In this document: one piece after another, positions 50,532-61,880 of the stretch | Position numbering within the stretch: the stretch's first letter is position 1 | Layout: every line of letters begins with the position of its first letter | From: a virus | Lineage: Duplodnaviria; Caudoviricetes | Virus record (IMG/VR): IMGVR_UViG_3300026522_000023 | Coordinates: 32,001 to 96,000 of that record | Length of the DNA stretch: 64,000 nucleotides | Strand: one strand, 5' to 3' | The notes under the pieces: model-generated | The model's database searches: none | Told to the model about the DNA's origin: nothing | What the model saw: the letters and a program-made list of their open reading frames with translations, nothing else | Position numbers and translations under genes: made by a program

Positions 50532-51596
50532 TTAAAACAATGATTCAACTATAATAGTTTTTTTATAATTGCCATAAGTTAAATCAAATTGCCCGCTAAA
50601 TCCTGCGTCCCAATATATTGTAATTTCACGAGGGTCAAAGTCATCTATTTTATATTTAACAGGAAAGCGTTTATCTATACTCCATTTTCCAGCCTCCCAA
50701 CCAGCAAAATTGTATTTATATTCTTTTTTAGGATGAATAAAAGTTTCTCCCTAAATTTCATATAAATCAGATTTTTCATTTGGGTCTATAGGTTTAGTAA
50801 TTAATGCTCCAACAATACCTTTTTCTAAATCATCTTCAATTTCATTAGCATAATATTCTGTAGCATTAACTTCTAATACTCCTGGCATACTGATAGAATC
50901 TATTGCTTCAACTCGCCAACATATTCTATCAGCCCCTTCTGTAGGTGGAGAAAGATAAAATCTACTATAACGTTTAAAATACTTCAAAGTTTCTACTGTT
51001 TTAGGCATCAATATATTTAAACTATAATTAGGTTTATCTATGCTAGTACCATGTTTTTGAATATAATCAATTTTAGTTTCAACAGGACCACGAATAGCCG
51101 CATAAGTACTTTGCTCATTACCTTCTTCATCTTGCCAATTAATTTCAAAAGAACATTTACGTATATCTCCTCTAAAATATGCAAGTTCAGTTAAATCTTG
51201 TAAATAAATAAGCCAATAAGTATGAGTACCACGCCACTCAAATACATCCCCTGGTTTAAAATTATATTCATATCCAACAGAAAGAATCTTATCATCATAA
51301 TCTTGCTTTAATTTATTGGGATTTATTAAAGCACGTATAGGTTTTTTTAATGTTGCTTTTAGTTTTATAATCTCAGCAGCCTAATATGAATTCCATACTG
51401 CCTAATCTAAACTTCTGCGCTTAGACATTATCATACGTTCTTGCTGGAGATTACCACCCATCTAACGCAATCTTGTCGCAGTATCATTCACGCCTTCAAC
51501 AGAGTTACCTTCATACGGACGCTTATCATATGTACCCAGTCGTCCCTATATCAATCTAAATGGATGCTAACTACTATAATCATATCCTGATGCCAT
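50532..51596 (-). CDS. Head closure/neck protein (354 aa)
   Basis: RALINPNKLKQDYDDK, GDVFEW, WRVEAIDSISMPG; in frame with ORF 50751-51011. Confidence 0.6.
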
Positions 51597-51888
51597 GATT
51601 TATTTCCTATAATAAATTAATAGCTTCAAAAACAGTTTTACGATAGAAATTAAATTCTGTCTCCTGATTATCTAAGCCTTCAAGTTTTCCTAAAAGCTAT
51701 AAGAAAAGGGGTTCAGTACTAAAAATTACACTGAACCCCACGATTTCATTTATGACAGTTTCTAGCTATTTTTGCCAATCTTCATCATGTTCACGCATTG
51801 GAATTAATTTCCATAGTTGGTTGGTTAAGCGTAAACAATTTTTTTCAACACTCTCTTTTGGAATATTAATACCATAACTTGTTTTCAT
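51580..51888 (-). CDS. Hypothetical neck-region protein (102 aa)
   Basis: LTNQLWKLIPMRE...YRKTVFEAI; open with TAG=Gln. Confidence 0.65.
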
Positions 51889-52447
51889 CAGGTTTAAACA
51901 TATCCCATGTAGATTCATATTCGCCTTTATCATTTAAACGTCTACGTTTATAAAGACGTTGTAGATGATGAGACTATCTTTGACAGTCAGATAATAAATT
52001 TAATAGTTTAGACAAATGATTTGCCTATGAAGTAAATTTAAAATCTGAACCACTATATTTCATTCGAGTGTTTTCAATAGAAGTGACTTGACGTTGTACC
52101 CAACCGCACATCATCAAAATAGCTAAAATATTAATTTCTTCTTCCGTTAAATCACATCCAAAAGTAGAACGATCTACTAGGACTTGAGGTTTTTCGCCCA
52201 GTTCTGGAATAGTTCCCCATAAAGTACCTACAATAAAATCATTTGAGGTTGTACTGTCTTCATCAACAGTATCAACTTGAATTGTATAATCATATAGATT
52301 TTTACGCGGAAATTCAAATCCCGGTATAGCATCTATAATCAAATTCTATAAATCTTTTAAAGTATCCTGTGGCGTTAATTCCAGATACATATCATCAGTA
52401 ACTTTTCCTAGAAAGCGATTATATACAGTAGAGAATAGTGTTCCCAT
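51866..52447 (-). CDS. Head-tail adaptor-like protein (193 aa)
   Basis: MGTLFSTVYNRFL...LTEEEINILA...FTS(Q)ANHL. Confidence 0.65.
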
Positions 52448-52467
52448 TTAATCGCTCCCTTCTTTTA

Positions 52468-53061
52468 TTACTTAGAAGTTTCCGCGGTTTTATTAATTAC
52501 CTTATAGTTATTGCCTGTAGTGCGGCGGCCTTGAGGAGCTTCTTCCTGAACAACTCTTCTCTTATTAGGACTTACATCTTCTAGGATATTAGAAGGTTCA
52601 TTGCTCTCTTTACTAGCTTTATCATTGGCAATAGCTTTATCTACATCAAATCCAGTCTTTTTCAAAAGCGCTTCACGCTTTTTGAAATCTGTAATAGGAA
52701 GAGATACAGAAAGACTCTTAATTAAATCAATAACTCCAATTGGAGCAAAATCAAGAGCATCCAAGAAAGCATCAAGTGAACCATTTAAGATTAAATCGCG
52801 GACTTGAGCTTCTGACATATTATATTCAGGCTCTCTGTGAATATTTAAATCCTGAGTAACCTCTTCTTCCATAATCTGTAAAAAATTAGCAATTAACTCA
52901 CGGCCACCGGGCTGATAAGTTAACTTCTCTAACTCACTAAAAGGAATTCTTTTAGTTTCACCAGGGGCAAATGTTCTACGCAAATTACTTTCTGGAATTG
53001 AATAGACAACAACACTAGAACTTCTATTCTTAACATTATACATATCAGTTTGATTAATCAT
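52468..53061 (-). CDS. Hypothetical capsid-region protein (197 aa)
   Basis: Intact ORF downstream of the major capsid gene; no TAG. Confidence 0.7.
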   Translation of the reverse strand: MINQTDMYNVKNRSSSVVVYSIPESNLRRTFAPGETKRIPFSELEKLTYQPGGRELIANFLQIMEEEVTQDLNIHREPEYNMSEAQVRDLILNGSLDAFLDALDFAPIGVIDLIKSLSVSLPITDFKKREALLKKTGFDVDKAIANDKASKESNEPSNILEDVSPNKRRVVQEEAPQGRRTTGNNYKVINKTAETSK

Positions 53062-53083
53062 TTTTTTATCTCCTTTATCTCTT

Positions 53084-53125
53084 AAAAAAAATAATGGGGA
53101 GAGGGAGCTATTTCCCTCTCCCCAT
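53084..53125 (-). terminator. Terminator after the major capsid gene
   Basis: AATGGGGAGAGGGA-loop-TCCCTCTCCCCATT with T run. Confidence 0.8.
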
Positions 53126-53152
53126 TAGGTAAATTTATATATTAATTATAAA

Positions 53153-54259
53153 TTAGATTGTACCATCTAATCTACCATCATAGGTAACGACCTTACCAGT
53201 GACACCATCATAATTCCAAGTAGCCATCTGACCAACAAGTGAAGTATCGCAGTAAGCGCAAATATTGTTAGCAAGCATGCAAACAACGCCGACTTTCTTA
53301 TAAACCTGAATTTCACGAGAACGATCATAACCATGGAATTCATCAACAATGGTATTGCCCTCGAAAGCAATCTTAACAGGCTTACCATCAGCACCAGTAG
53401 GAATAACCCAAGCATAACCAGGATCAATTACCTTACGGCTATTGGTTTCATCTTCGAAGCCCTGCTCAAGAATAATAACCTGAGTTCCCTTATAAGTAGG
53501 AAGACGACCAGTATTCCAAAGCTCAGTCTTCATAGCCTCAGTGTATCTCCAAGCTTCCTGTGGGATCATCTTAACAGCAAACTCATAAGTACAATAAATA
53601 GTAGGAGTACCATAAGCACGAGCAATAGTAATTAACTTATCCATAGCAGCTTCATCGAAACCAGCAACAGCAACGCGGTTGGCAGGTGGTAACTGATTGA
53701 TAGAAGAAACAAGAGCACGAGCAACTTCTTTGTAAATAAGTTCATCCATGCCTTCCATAATGATCTTAGTCATTTCAGCGAAATCAACACGACCATCAAG
53801 GAATTCTTCGAAACCGATTTGAGCGGCTCCGCCGATAGCAGATGTACGAACTTCGAAGCATTCGTTCTCAGCAGGTCCAAGCTTAAATACTTCATAAATG
53901 CCACCAAGACCGACACGAGTTACGAACTGCTTTGCGCGAGCACGAGTCTGTAATGGACGACGGAAAATTGGCTTATCGCCCTGAGCAAAGGTCTTAACTT
54001 CAGCAAACTGATCATATTGCTGAATAACTTTCTTTGGAAGAACTTCATCAAGAGTTTCTTCAATCATAGAGAAAATCTGATTCTTATTATCACGATAAAG
54101 TGAATAAGTACCAGCTAATTCATTCATTTCTGCGCGAAGAGTGTCATTCAAAGCCTCATAACTTAAATTCTGACCACCAAAACTATAAGCAGTAGGAGCA
54201 GAAGGATCAGCTTTAGCAACAGTCTTCATTAAAGCGACTAAATTTTTTCTATCTAACAT
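53153..54259 (-). CDS. Major capsid protein (368 aa)
   Basis: Size, position after the protease/scaffold, high-expression-like codon usage, no TAG, strong terminator downstream. Confidence 0.8.
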   Translation of the reverse strand: MLDRKNLVALMKTVAKADPSAPTAYSFGGQNLSYEALNDTLRAEMNELAGTYSLYRDNKNQIFSMIEETLDEVLPKKVIQQYDQFAEVKTFAQGDKPIFRRPLQTRARAKQFVTRVGLGGIYEVFKLGPAENECFEVRTSAIGGAAQIGFEEFLDGRVDFAEMTKIIMEGMDELIYKEVARALVSSINQLPPANRVAVAGFDEAAMDKLITIARAYGTPTIYCTYEFAVKMIPQEAWRYTEAMKTELWNTGRLPTYKGTQVIILEQGFEDETNSRKVIDPGYAWVIPTGADGKPVKIAFEGNTIVDEFHGYDRSREIQVYKKVGVVCMLANNICAYCDTSLVGQMATWNYDGVTGKVVTYDGRLDGTI

Positions 54260-54276
54260 TGTTCTTCTCTCCTTTC

Positions 54277-55188
54277 TTACTTAATACGCATAATCTTAGC
54301 GCCTTTTTGTCCATCAGGCATGGTATAAAGCTTAACAACCTGCCAACTCATAGTAGCGTCGCCAGTCTTACTTAAAATACCAGTAGCATCAGGAGAAAGG
54401 ATATCGCCAATCTCTAAGGTTTCTTCATTAATCATATTGGTAGTATAAATATCACCAACATTAGTCTTGAAAACACGAGGAACCATAGCAGTACCTGGAT
54501 TCATGCGCTTTTCACGATAAATACCTAACTTATGATATGGATCATTAGTCCAATTCATTTCATAGATATCGCGAACATTAGTAGTAACATCATCAAAAGT
54601 ACGAACAAAGTCAATAGTTACTTTACCATCAACAAGAGTATATTCAGTACCATTATAAGTAAATTTATTATCAGTAACGTCATAATCCTGACCATCAATA
54701 GTAACAGTCTTGCCATCACGATTGATATCAACATTCATCTTCCAAGTGTAAGAACTCTTACCATTAGCATCAACGCCATTGAGCCACTTGGTCTGATATT
54801 CCTGCTCAGGATGTTCCCAATCTAATGGGCTATATACACGAGCCTGATAATCATCCTTTAACATTGCGAATTCGCAATCCCACTGCTTTGTACCATCAAG
54901 ATGGTTACGATATAACTTAATTTCATTATATACTAACATCCACTCGCCAGCGCCAGTGAAATTAACTTCGCCAATGCCATTGCCATTAGCAGCATAATCA
55001 TACTTTACATATTGACCGTTTTCAAGAATCTCAATCTCTGGGTTAGCAGGCAACTGAGCATAAATTTGAGCGGTTCTCTGTGCTGACAGGTGATTAGGTT
55101 CGACCTGACCGTAACCACACTCAACATACTTAGCCTGAGACTTGTGATACTTTGGGTCCATATTTCGAGTCCAAAAGTCTTTAAACAT
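54277..55188 (-). CDS. Capsid decoration/cement-like structural protein (303 aa)
   Basis: GYGQVEPNHLSA...GDIYTTN...TMPDGQKG; lies between scaffold and major capsid genes; no TAG. Confidence 0.6.
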   Translation of the reverse strand: MFKDFWTRNMDPKYHKSQAKYVECGYGQVEPNHLSAQRTAQIYAQLPANPEIEILENGQYVKYDYAANGNGIGEVNFTGAGEWMLVYNEIKLYRNHLDGTKQWDCEFAMLKDDYQARVYSPLDWEHPEQEYQTKWLNGVDANGKSSYTWKMNVDINRDGKTVTIDGQDYDVTDNKFTYNGTEYTLVDGKVTIDFVRTFDDVTTNVRDIYEMNWTNDPYHKLGIYREKRMNPGTAMVPRVFKTNVGDIYTTNMINEETLEIGDILSPDATGILSKTGDATMSWQVVKLYTMPDGQKGAKIMRIK

Positions 55189-55211
55189 TTAGTATGTCCT
55201 CCTTATTAAAT

Positions 55212-56837
55212 TTATCTAGCGTTTTCATATTTTAACGCAGCTTTTACCCAAGCCGGAATAGATTCATCATCATCTTCACCATTATTTAAATTATAAGTAG
55301 TAGGCTTGGTTTCTTTATTTTCGTCAAGGTCGAAACTTACCTTGTTGCGAACGCAAATAACAGAAAGCTTTGCTTCAATATCATCAACAGAATACTTATC
55401 AATATTATCAATGACATCTTTCTTATCATCATCAGATAACATATAGAATTGAGCAATCATAGCTTCCTTATCTTTCTTCTCAGAAGCAAGTTTGAACTTT
55501 CTTAAAGGTTCAATTTCTTCTATTAAAGAATTCTTTTCTGTTTCTAAAGCGGCATATTTAGATTTTAATTCTTCATATTCAGTTTTTAGTTCTTGATATT
55601 CAGTAACATCTTCTAATGAATATTTTTTCTTCTTTTTCTTATCTTCATCATCTTTGTTACCATCATCGTCAGAGTTATTACCCTTACCATCAAGATCATC
55701 TTTTTTACCAATTGGCTTTTTATCTTTGCCATCTTCTGGATTATTAGAATCATTATCTTTGCCCTCTGATTTATTATCAGAATTAGACTTATTATCTTTA
55801 TTATTTTTGTCCTCTTCTTCTGCCTTTTTTTTAGAAGCATATTCAGTTTCATAAGTCTTTACTGCCTCTAAAGAAAATTGAGGTTCAGCGGCAGGAATAT
55901 AAGACTCAGTTACTTCAATTAAAGCATCAGCAGGAACAAAACCATCGGTTTCATTTAAAGAGAAATTTAAACGATAATACTTATTATCAGCACGATTCTG
56001 TAAGACAGCAAACTTCTGAGAATCCTCTTCACATACACCTTCGATAGCATATACTGAACTATAAGTATTGTCAGCATCAGGATATTTCTCTAAAATGTAA
56101 TTCCATAAAGAGTTCCATAAGTTATCGCCAATTTCAACAGCATATCTTGAAAACACTTTGGTTCCTCCTTCTTTAATTAATTCTTTTAAATCATTCATCA
56201 TGGAGAATAGCTTTTGCTTAAAATCTTCATCGAATGTAAGACTAAATTTTGTGATTTGAGAGCCTTCAAAACAAGGTTCACATTCTTCTCCCAAAATACA
56301 AAGCTTAGAGATTATTGCCTCATTTATAATAAAAAACTTTGGCTTACCATTATCATCTTTTGTCCATGTTGCATTTAAAGTTTTTTCATCTAATTCCATG
56401 GATTGATTATTACCTTGGTCTATAATGCGCTGGCACTCAGGATACTAGCCAGTCCAAATATAACCCTCAGTCATTAGATATTCATGCTCTACGCCATCAT
56501 CATTAAATTTCTAGAACCACGCACGCGCACCTAAATCAACAAAACCATAAGGCTTAGTTGTATCTTGGATTTTAAATTGACCATTTGAAATATCAATTAC
56601 ACGATTATGTTCTTCAAAATCTCCAGTAGCATCATTATAATAACCAACAATAGGGCTACCTGGTAAAGAATTAGCCATCTAACGCGCAACTTCTTTAGTA
56701 ATAATACTACCATTGCGGTTAGGTGTATCTCCGACATAGCACACTTTAATCTAACACTTAGAAATTAAAGGATTAACAGGAGTAATATTTATAAACTCAC
56801 AAGGTGTTTCTAATTTAATACTTGTATGTTTCATCAT
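55212..56837 (-). CDS. Prohead protease-scaffold fusion (about 541 aa)
   Basis: NRNGS...PIVG...GYIWTG(Q)Y...QSMEL...LCILGE..EPCFEG protease domain, followed by an acidic/coiled-coil scaffold. Confidence 0.75.
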
Positions 56838-56844
56838 GTCCTCC

Positions 56845-58530
56845 TTAACTCATTGATTCTTTATTCTAAATAGTTTTACTACTCTTTTCGTCATCGGCTT
56901 TCTCAGGTCGTCCGGCCGTACCAGAACCGCTTGATGTTTTAGCCGTTGTTGTAGTAATATTTGTTTTCTATGTTCCTGAATTATTTTGAGTTTCAGGTTT
57001 ATTTCTTGAACCTTTTAAGCCCAAAATATCTTCACTACCCATAGTAGAACTCATAAGAGGAGGTATCATAACTTCACTCAAATGTAATATATCATTCTCA
57101 AAATGAACAGCATTTAGAATAAAACTCTAAGAATGGCCTAAGGCAATCTGAGGAAGCATTTTAGAGTATCCTAACTACACGTGTTCTTTATATAATTTTG
57201 CTAAATTCTAATAATTATATTGTGTAGTTTCAAGCATATAAAATTTAAAATTATATTTACGATTATTGCTATTACGCATAGCAGTAATTCTATTAAAGAA
57301 AATATTGTATTGTAATAAAAGATTGCGCAAATATGATTCGTCATTCAATACTGATTTTTCTAATGCTATATTACCATCAGTATTAAACAAATTCTATGAA
57401 ATACCTAAAGAATTATAAACAGTACGTTCTACTTTAGATAAGTCATCAGTAGTTGTTGTAGTATTCCTATCTGCTAAATCAATAGTATCAACATCAGTAA
57501 ATGTAGTTAAAACATCAACACCAATACATCTACGCAACATCTCTACAGCATTATGGTGAATATCTAATGCTTCATCAGAGTCAAAAATTAAATCCCCATT
57601 TTTATCCATAGGAAGTTTTTGAACAATAATTTTTAACAACTTCTACATTTGCTTTTTACGATCTAATTCTTGTGCAGCATCTAAATCCATAATAGCAGGA
57701 ATAGAACTGACAAATAATGGCATATCATCATTATTTAAATTAAACTTTACACAATACTGTGGATCTAACATATACCAAGATCCAATAGCAGAATCTCTGC
57801 CTAATACAATTTCTTCTGATTTTAATTTGCCTTGCTTATATAACATATAACCTTTGGCAAATTCATCAGGGAATAATTTCAATACTTTCATACGATAATT
57901 AATATCGTGGAAAGTATCAAAAAACTTCATATTAAATTCAATAACAGGCATATTATCTACGCTGTATCGAGAACGGCAGAAGTTAACCGGTAAATCTTGT
58001 AAAATTAAATGGTCATTAGAAGGAACTATATATCCATAATAACAGCCTTCTTTAATTACTTTTAAAGATATATCTCCACAAATTTTCTTAATATAACTAC
58101 TATCTAAATAATTAAGAGTCTTTGAAAAATCTTTTAATATCTTTTCCTCTTTGACTGTATCATCTAGAATCTCTGGCGCGACATACCAATCATATCTATA
58201 TAAAAAAGCAAAATAATTACAAGTGCGCTCATATATACCATTTACGCTATAAAATAAATTAGATATACGACGCAGTTCCGGTAAATCATGATCAGCTATT
58301 GCTTTATAAATATCTGCTTTACAAAAGCCTTTTTGACCCGGAATATTTATTTTTTGATAATAATCTAAATCTAAAATAACATCATTTAGACTTCTATTAC
58401 CGACCTTAACTTTTTTATATTCATTAGCAACCGCTGTTCTATACTCTCGATAAGAATCAGTCATATCAAATCCTTTATTATGAATTTCTTCAGCACGGAC
58501 TTGATTTAGGGTTTGAGTTTGATTATCCAA
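56845..58530 (-). CDS. Portal protein (561 aa)
   Basis: Joins three fragments; lies between terminase and protease; C-terminal GRP motif. Confidence 0.75.
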
Positions 58531-58542
58531 AATTCCACCTCC

Positions 58543-58899
58543 TTAATAACCTGCTAGTTTCATTATATAATCATAAGAAATAAGGTTTTCATCAGTGTAT
58601 GGAATTTCTATTAATTTAAAATCGTGCAAAGCACAAAAACGTCTCTTTTGATTATCATTATATTGCTATTGGTATAAACCGCGTTTACCACCAAATTTAG
58701 AACTTGCTTCATAATGTTGCTTACCCTAATACTCAATAATAAAATCAATTTTACCATCATCATCAAATATAACGAAATCAAATCTCAAAGGACGTCCATT
58801 TGGACTTCTTAAATCTGGAAATATATATTCCATTTTAAAAGGAAGTCCAGCCTCTTCTAAGATTTCTTCTATTTTTATTTCTCCTCTAGAAGCACGCAT
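58543..58899 (-). CDS. PD-(D/E)XK / DUF559-Vsr-like endonuclease (118 aa)
   Basis: SRGEIKI...LRFDF...IEY(Q)GKQHY...DNQKRRFC...LIEIPY. Confidence 0.7.
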
Positions 58900-58911
58900 A
58901 AACTTCCCTCC

Positions 58912-60645
58912 TTAATTCATAAAGCACCAATCAGATGCTTTAAATTTCTTACGTTTTTTCTTTTTATCTTCTTCGAGTTTTAAATAATATAATCCATATT
59001 CAAAAGCTGAAAATTTATCCTTTCGGATACCACGATTTGCCTACTTCAGGATAATATTTACTCCTTCAGTTTCTTCACGCAAATTCATCATTTCTTCTTT
59101 TAATATGGAAGTTAAAGTAAATGGTTTTAAATATTCTGCCCTCTATTCAGGTTTCATAGATTGACCAACTTTAGTTGCCATTAATTTATTTTTAGCAATA
59201 CGTTCATCAATAAGAAATTTTACTTTTCCAGAAGACAACTATGAACGCGCAATAGCATGTGCTTCAGTATTAATTGGCGCATTTGCTTTCAAAATATACA
59301 TAGCATCTAGTTCAGTAACAGAAGTCTTATACTTTTTATAGTATCCTTCTTCGTCATTAGAAACACCGAAATCAGGATAAGTTTCATTAGTATCAGGATC
59401 AGTCTAAGATTTAACCATATAGTCAATTAAACCAATACCCATACCATTACCATCTATTACGATCTGACGAGCATTATATTTATAATATAATTTCTTTAAT
59501 TTGATAGCCTAATCTTCAAAATGTTCATTTGATAAAGTATAAATATTAACAAGGCTCTTTGTAGCGCCACCTTGAGATTGCGGAGTTGCTTTAAATACAC
59601 AAATAACAGAATCACAACCTTTACGTCCAATATCAGCCGCTAAAACATAAAAAGCTAATTTAGAAGAACGACCACTTGCTTCATATTCAGGCTAATTTAA
59701 AATGCGGTTTCTATCAAAAATTTCCGCATTGAAAAATGCGTCTTCAACAGTACCAGACCATTTACTTTCATATTCACGATCAAAAGAACTTTCATTGAAA
59801 GTACCATCTTGTTTTAAATCTTGAATAAATGATTTAGATTGTAAGCCAATTAATACAGGAATACGCCAAGTACCACCCATTATAATTGATTGCTCAGGTT
59901 TAATAATTTCCCAGACAAGCAACTGAATTAGCTTATCATAAGGGAATGTATTTTTATATCCAGCAGTAGTAATATAAATCTAAGATTTATTAAGAGTTTC
60001 TTCATCATGTGTTGTGCCATCCATACACATACGAGAAATGTTCATCGTAGGAATAATAACCTAAGATAAAATATCTCCATCAACACCAACGCATTCCTCA
60101 ATAAGACCGCCATGACGACGTTTACCACGAGAAGATTCTCTAGCAGCGATATTATCAAAATAAGAACCATTCTTAAATACATATTTAACATAGTCCTTAC
60201 CTTCAAGGGTTTGACCACGCCGCCAATCAATTTCTTTATTAAATGCTGGAATCAATGTACAAATTTCTTGTACTTTTTCTTTAACAATACCTGCGGCCTG
60301 TTCCTTACCACCAGAAGTAATAAATAATTTACAACGAGGATAAAGAATAGCTCGGCACATAAGTACCATCATAGATAAAAATGATTTAGAATACGCACGA
60401 GGAAATACTGCATAGATATATTTATGCCGCATTGCCGCACGCAAAAAGATTCTCTAATAAAAGAATAAATGAAAGTGTTGGGGACCGCCATCCGGTCCCG
60501 CCATGAAATCAATAAATAAATCAGGATATTCTCTCCAGAAGGCAATATACTTACGTGCTTCTGGAATAATACCTCTTAATCGCTCTTCTGAAAGACCGAC
60601 TTTGCGGCGAGAGGCACTTAAATCTAGTAAGTCTTTAAGTGCCAT
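58912..60645 (-). CDS. terL: Terminase large subunit (577 aa)
   Basis: FFY(Q)RIFLR adenine-binding motif, Walker A PRAYSKS, Walker B-like LIEE, YITTAG, nuclease ADIG / IDGNGMG / KDKFSA. Confidence 0.88.
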
Positions 60646-61820
60646 TAGACTTCTTTACCTTTCGCCATATTTTCATAAGTTATTTCATCTAAGTCACTTT
60701 CATCTTCTAAGAACTAATTATGTTCTATAAAATCTTCATCTTTTAATACTTCTTCATCTAAATTATCTATATCTTCAATGTCTTCATCTTCTTCACGGTT
60801 TTCCTAATCAACCATATTTTTAACGGCAGCTTCAATAAGATTACCAAGATTCATTTCTTCAGTGACTAATGTATGAGTATAATTCTTTAAATCATTTAAA
60901 GTTTCATCAACTTTATCCATAGGGCCTTCAGTATAATAACGAGGAATAAACCCTTCGCGTTCACACATTTCAACTAATTCACTAATAGAATCAAATTCTC
61001 CAGAAGATTCAGATTTATTTTGGGCAGCAGTAAATTTACCAGATTTCATTAAACTATCATAAACTTTGCTCATCTTTTGGAATCCTTCGATATCACCAAT
61101 ATCAATCAGCTAATTCGCTTTCAAAGATGTCTTACATATTAATTTTAATGTATCTTTGTGACCTGCGCCTTGAATATCATATGAAGCCATCATTTCTTCA
61201 TATAACTACTCTAATTTAACCCATTCTTCAGGTTTATAAGTTTTGCCCCATTTTAATCTTAGATACGTACGATCTTCTTCAGTTAAGTCTAAATCTTCTT
61301 CTGGACCGTTTTGCTAAGCAAAATAATCTTCTTGCGGAACTATGGTAGTATCTTCATATACAGGTTCCTCAAGGGGCTTATCAGGCATTGTAAATACTCT
61401 GCCTTTTTCTTTTGCTTCCATAATCTGAACTGCGTCATAACCTTGACGTTTCATAGTTTGCTCTAATTTAGCATCTTCTAATTCTTGAAGTCGTTCAGTA
61501 TCTTTCCAACGAGTATCTTTATATTGTTTTAATTTCATTTTAGAAAGATAACGTCCTAAAATAGTAGTTCCTGTTACTTCACTTGGATTAGTGGCATATT
61601 TCATCATAAGACTTTGCCATTCTTTAGGAACATAAGGAACATCAGCTTCTTGTAAAATCCAAAGATAAGTATCTGGATTCCAGTTATCAACGTGCATTGT
61701 AATACATTTTTTACATTGATTTAATTTACCGGTAGGATACTTTTCTAAATTATTACTGCCATAAAATTCAGAAGCATTCATTGTGCGATTACATTTCTCG
61801 CAATAATAAGTTTCTGCCAT
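60645..61820 (-). CDS. Zn-finger protein, probable terminase small subunit (391 aa)
   Basis: N-terminal CEKC...CKKC; KWGKTY; acidic tail; TAATG-coupled to terL. Confidence 0.55.
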
Positions 61821-61831
61821 AAAATTTCTCC

Positions 61832-61880
61832 TTTCATTAGATTATTAGTAATTCATAGAAAGGATTATGATTTTTTGGCC
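61832..61880 (-). promoter_or_regulatory. Candidate late-promoter motif copy heading the packaging/head operon
   Basis: GGCCAAAAAATCATAAT...TACTAATAATCTAATG (distal box degenerate). Confidence 0.45.

Noticed and set aside
6515-60730. Plus-strand and off-frame ORFs overlapping minus-strand genes (e.g. 6515, 6728, 12724, 48155, 53333, 54532, 55654, 60112)
   Set aside because: Shadow ORFs of real genes, with no RBS or recognisable motifs.
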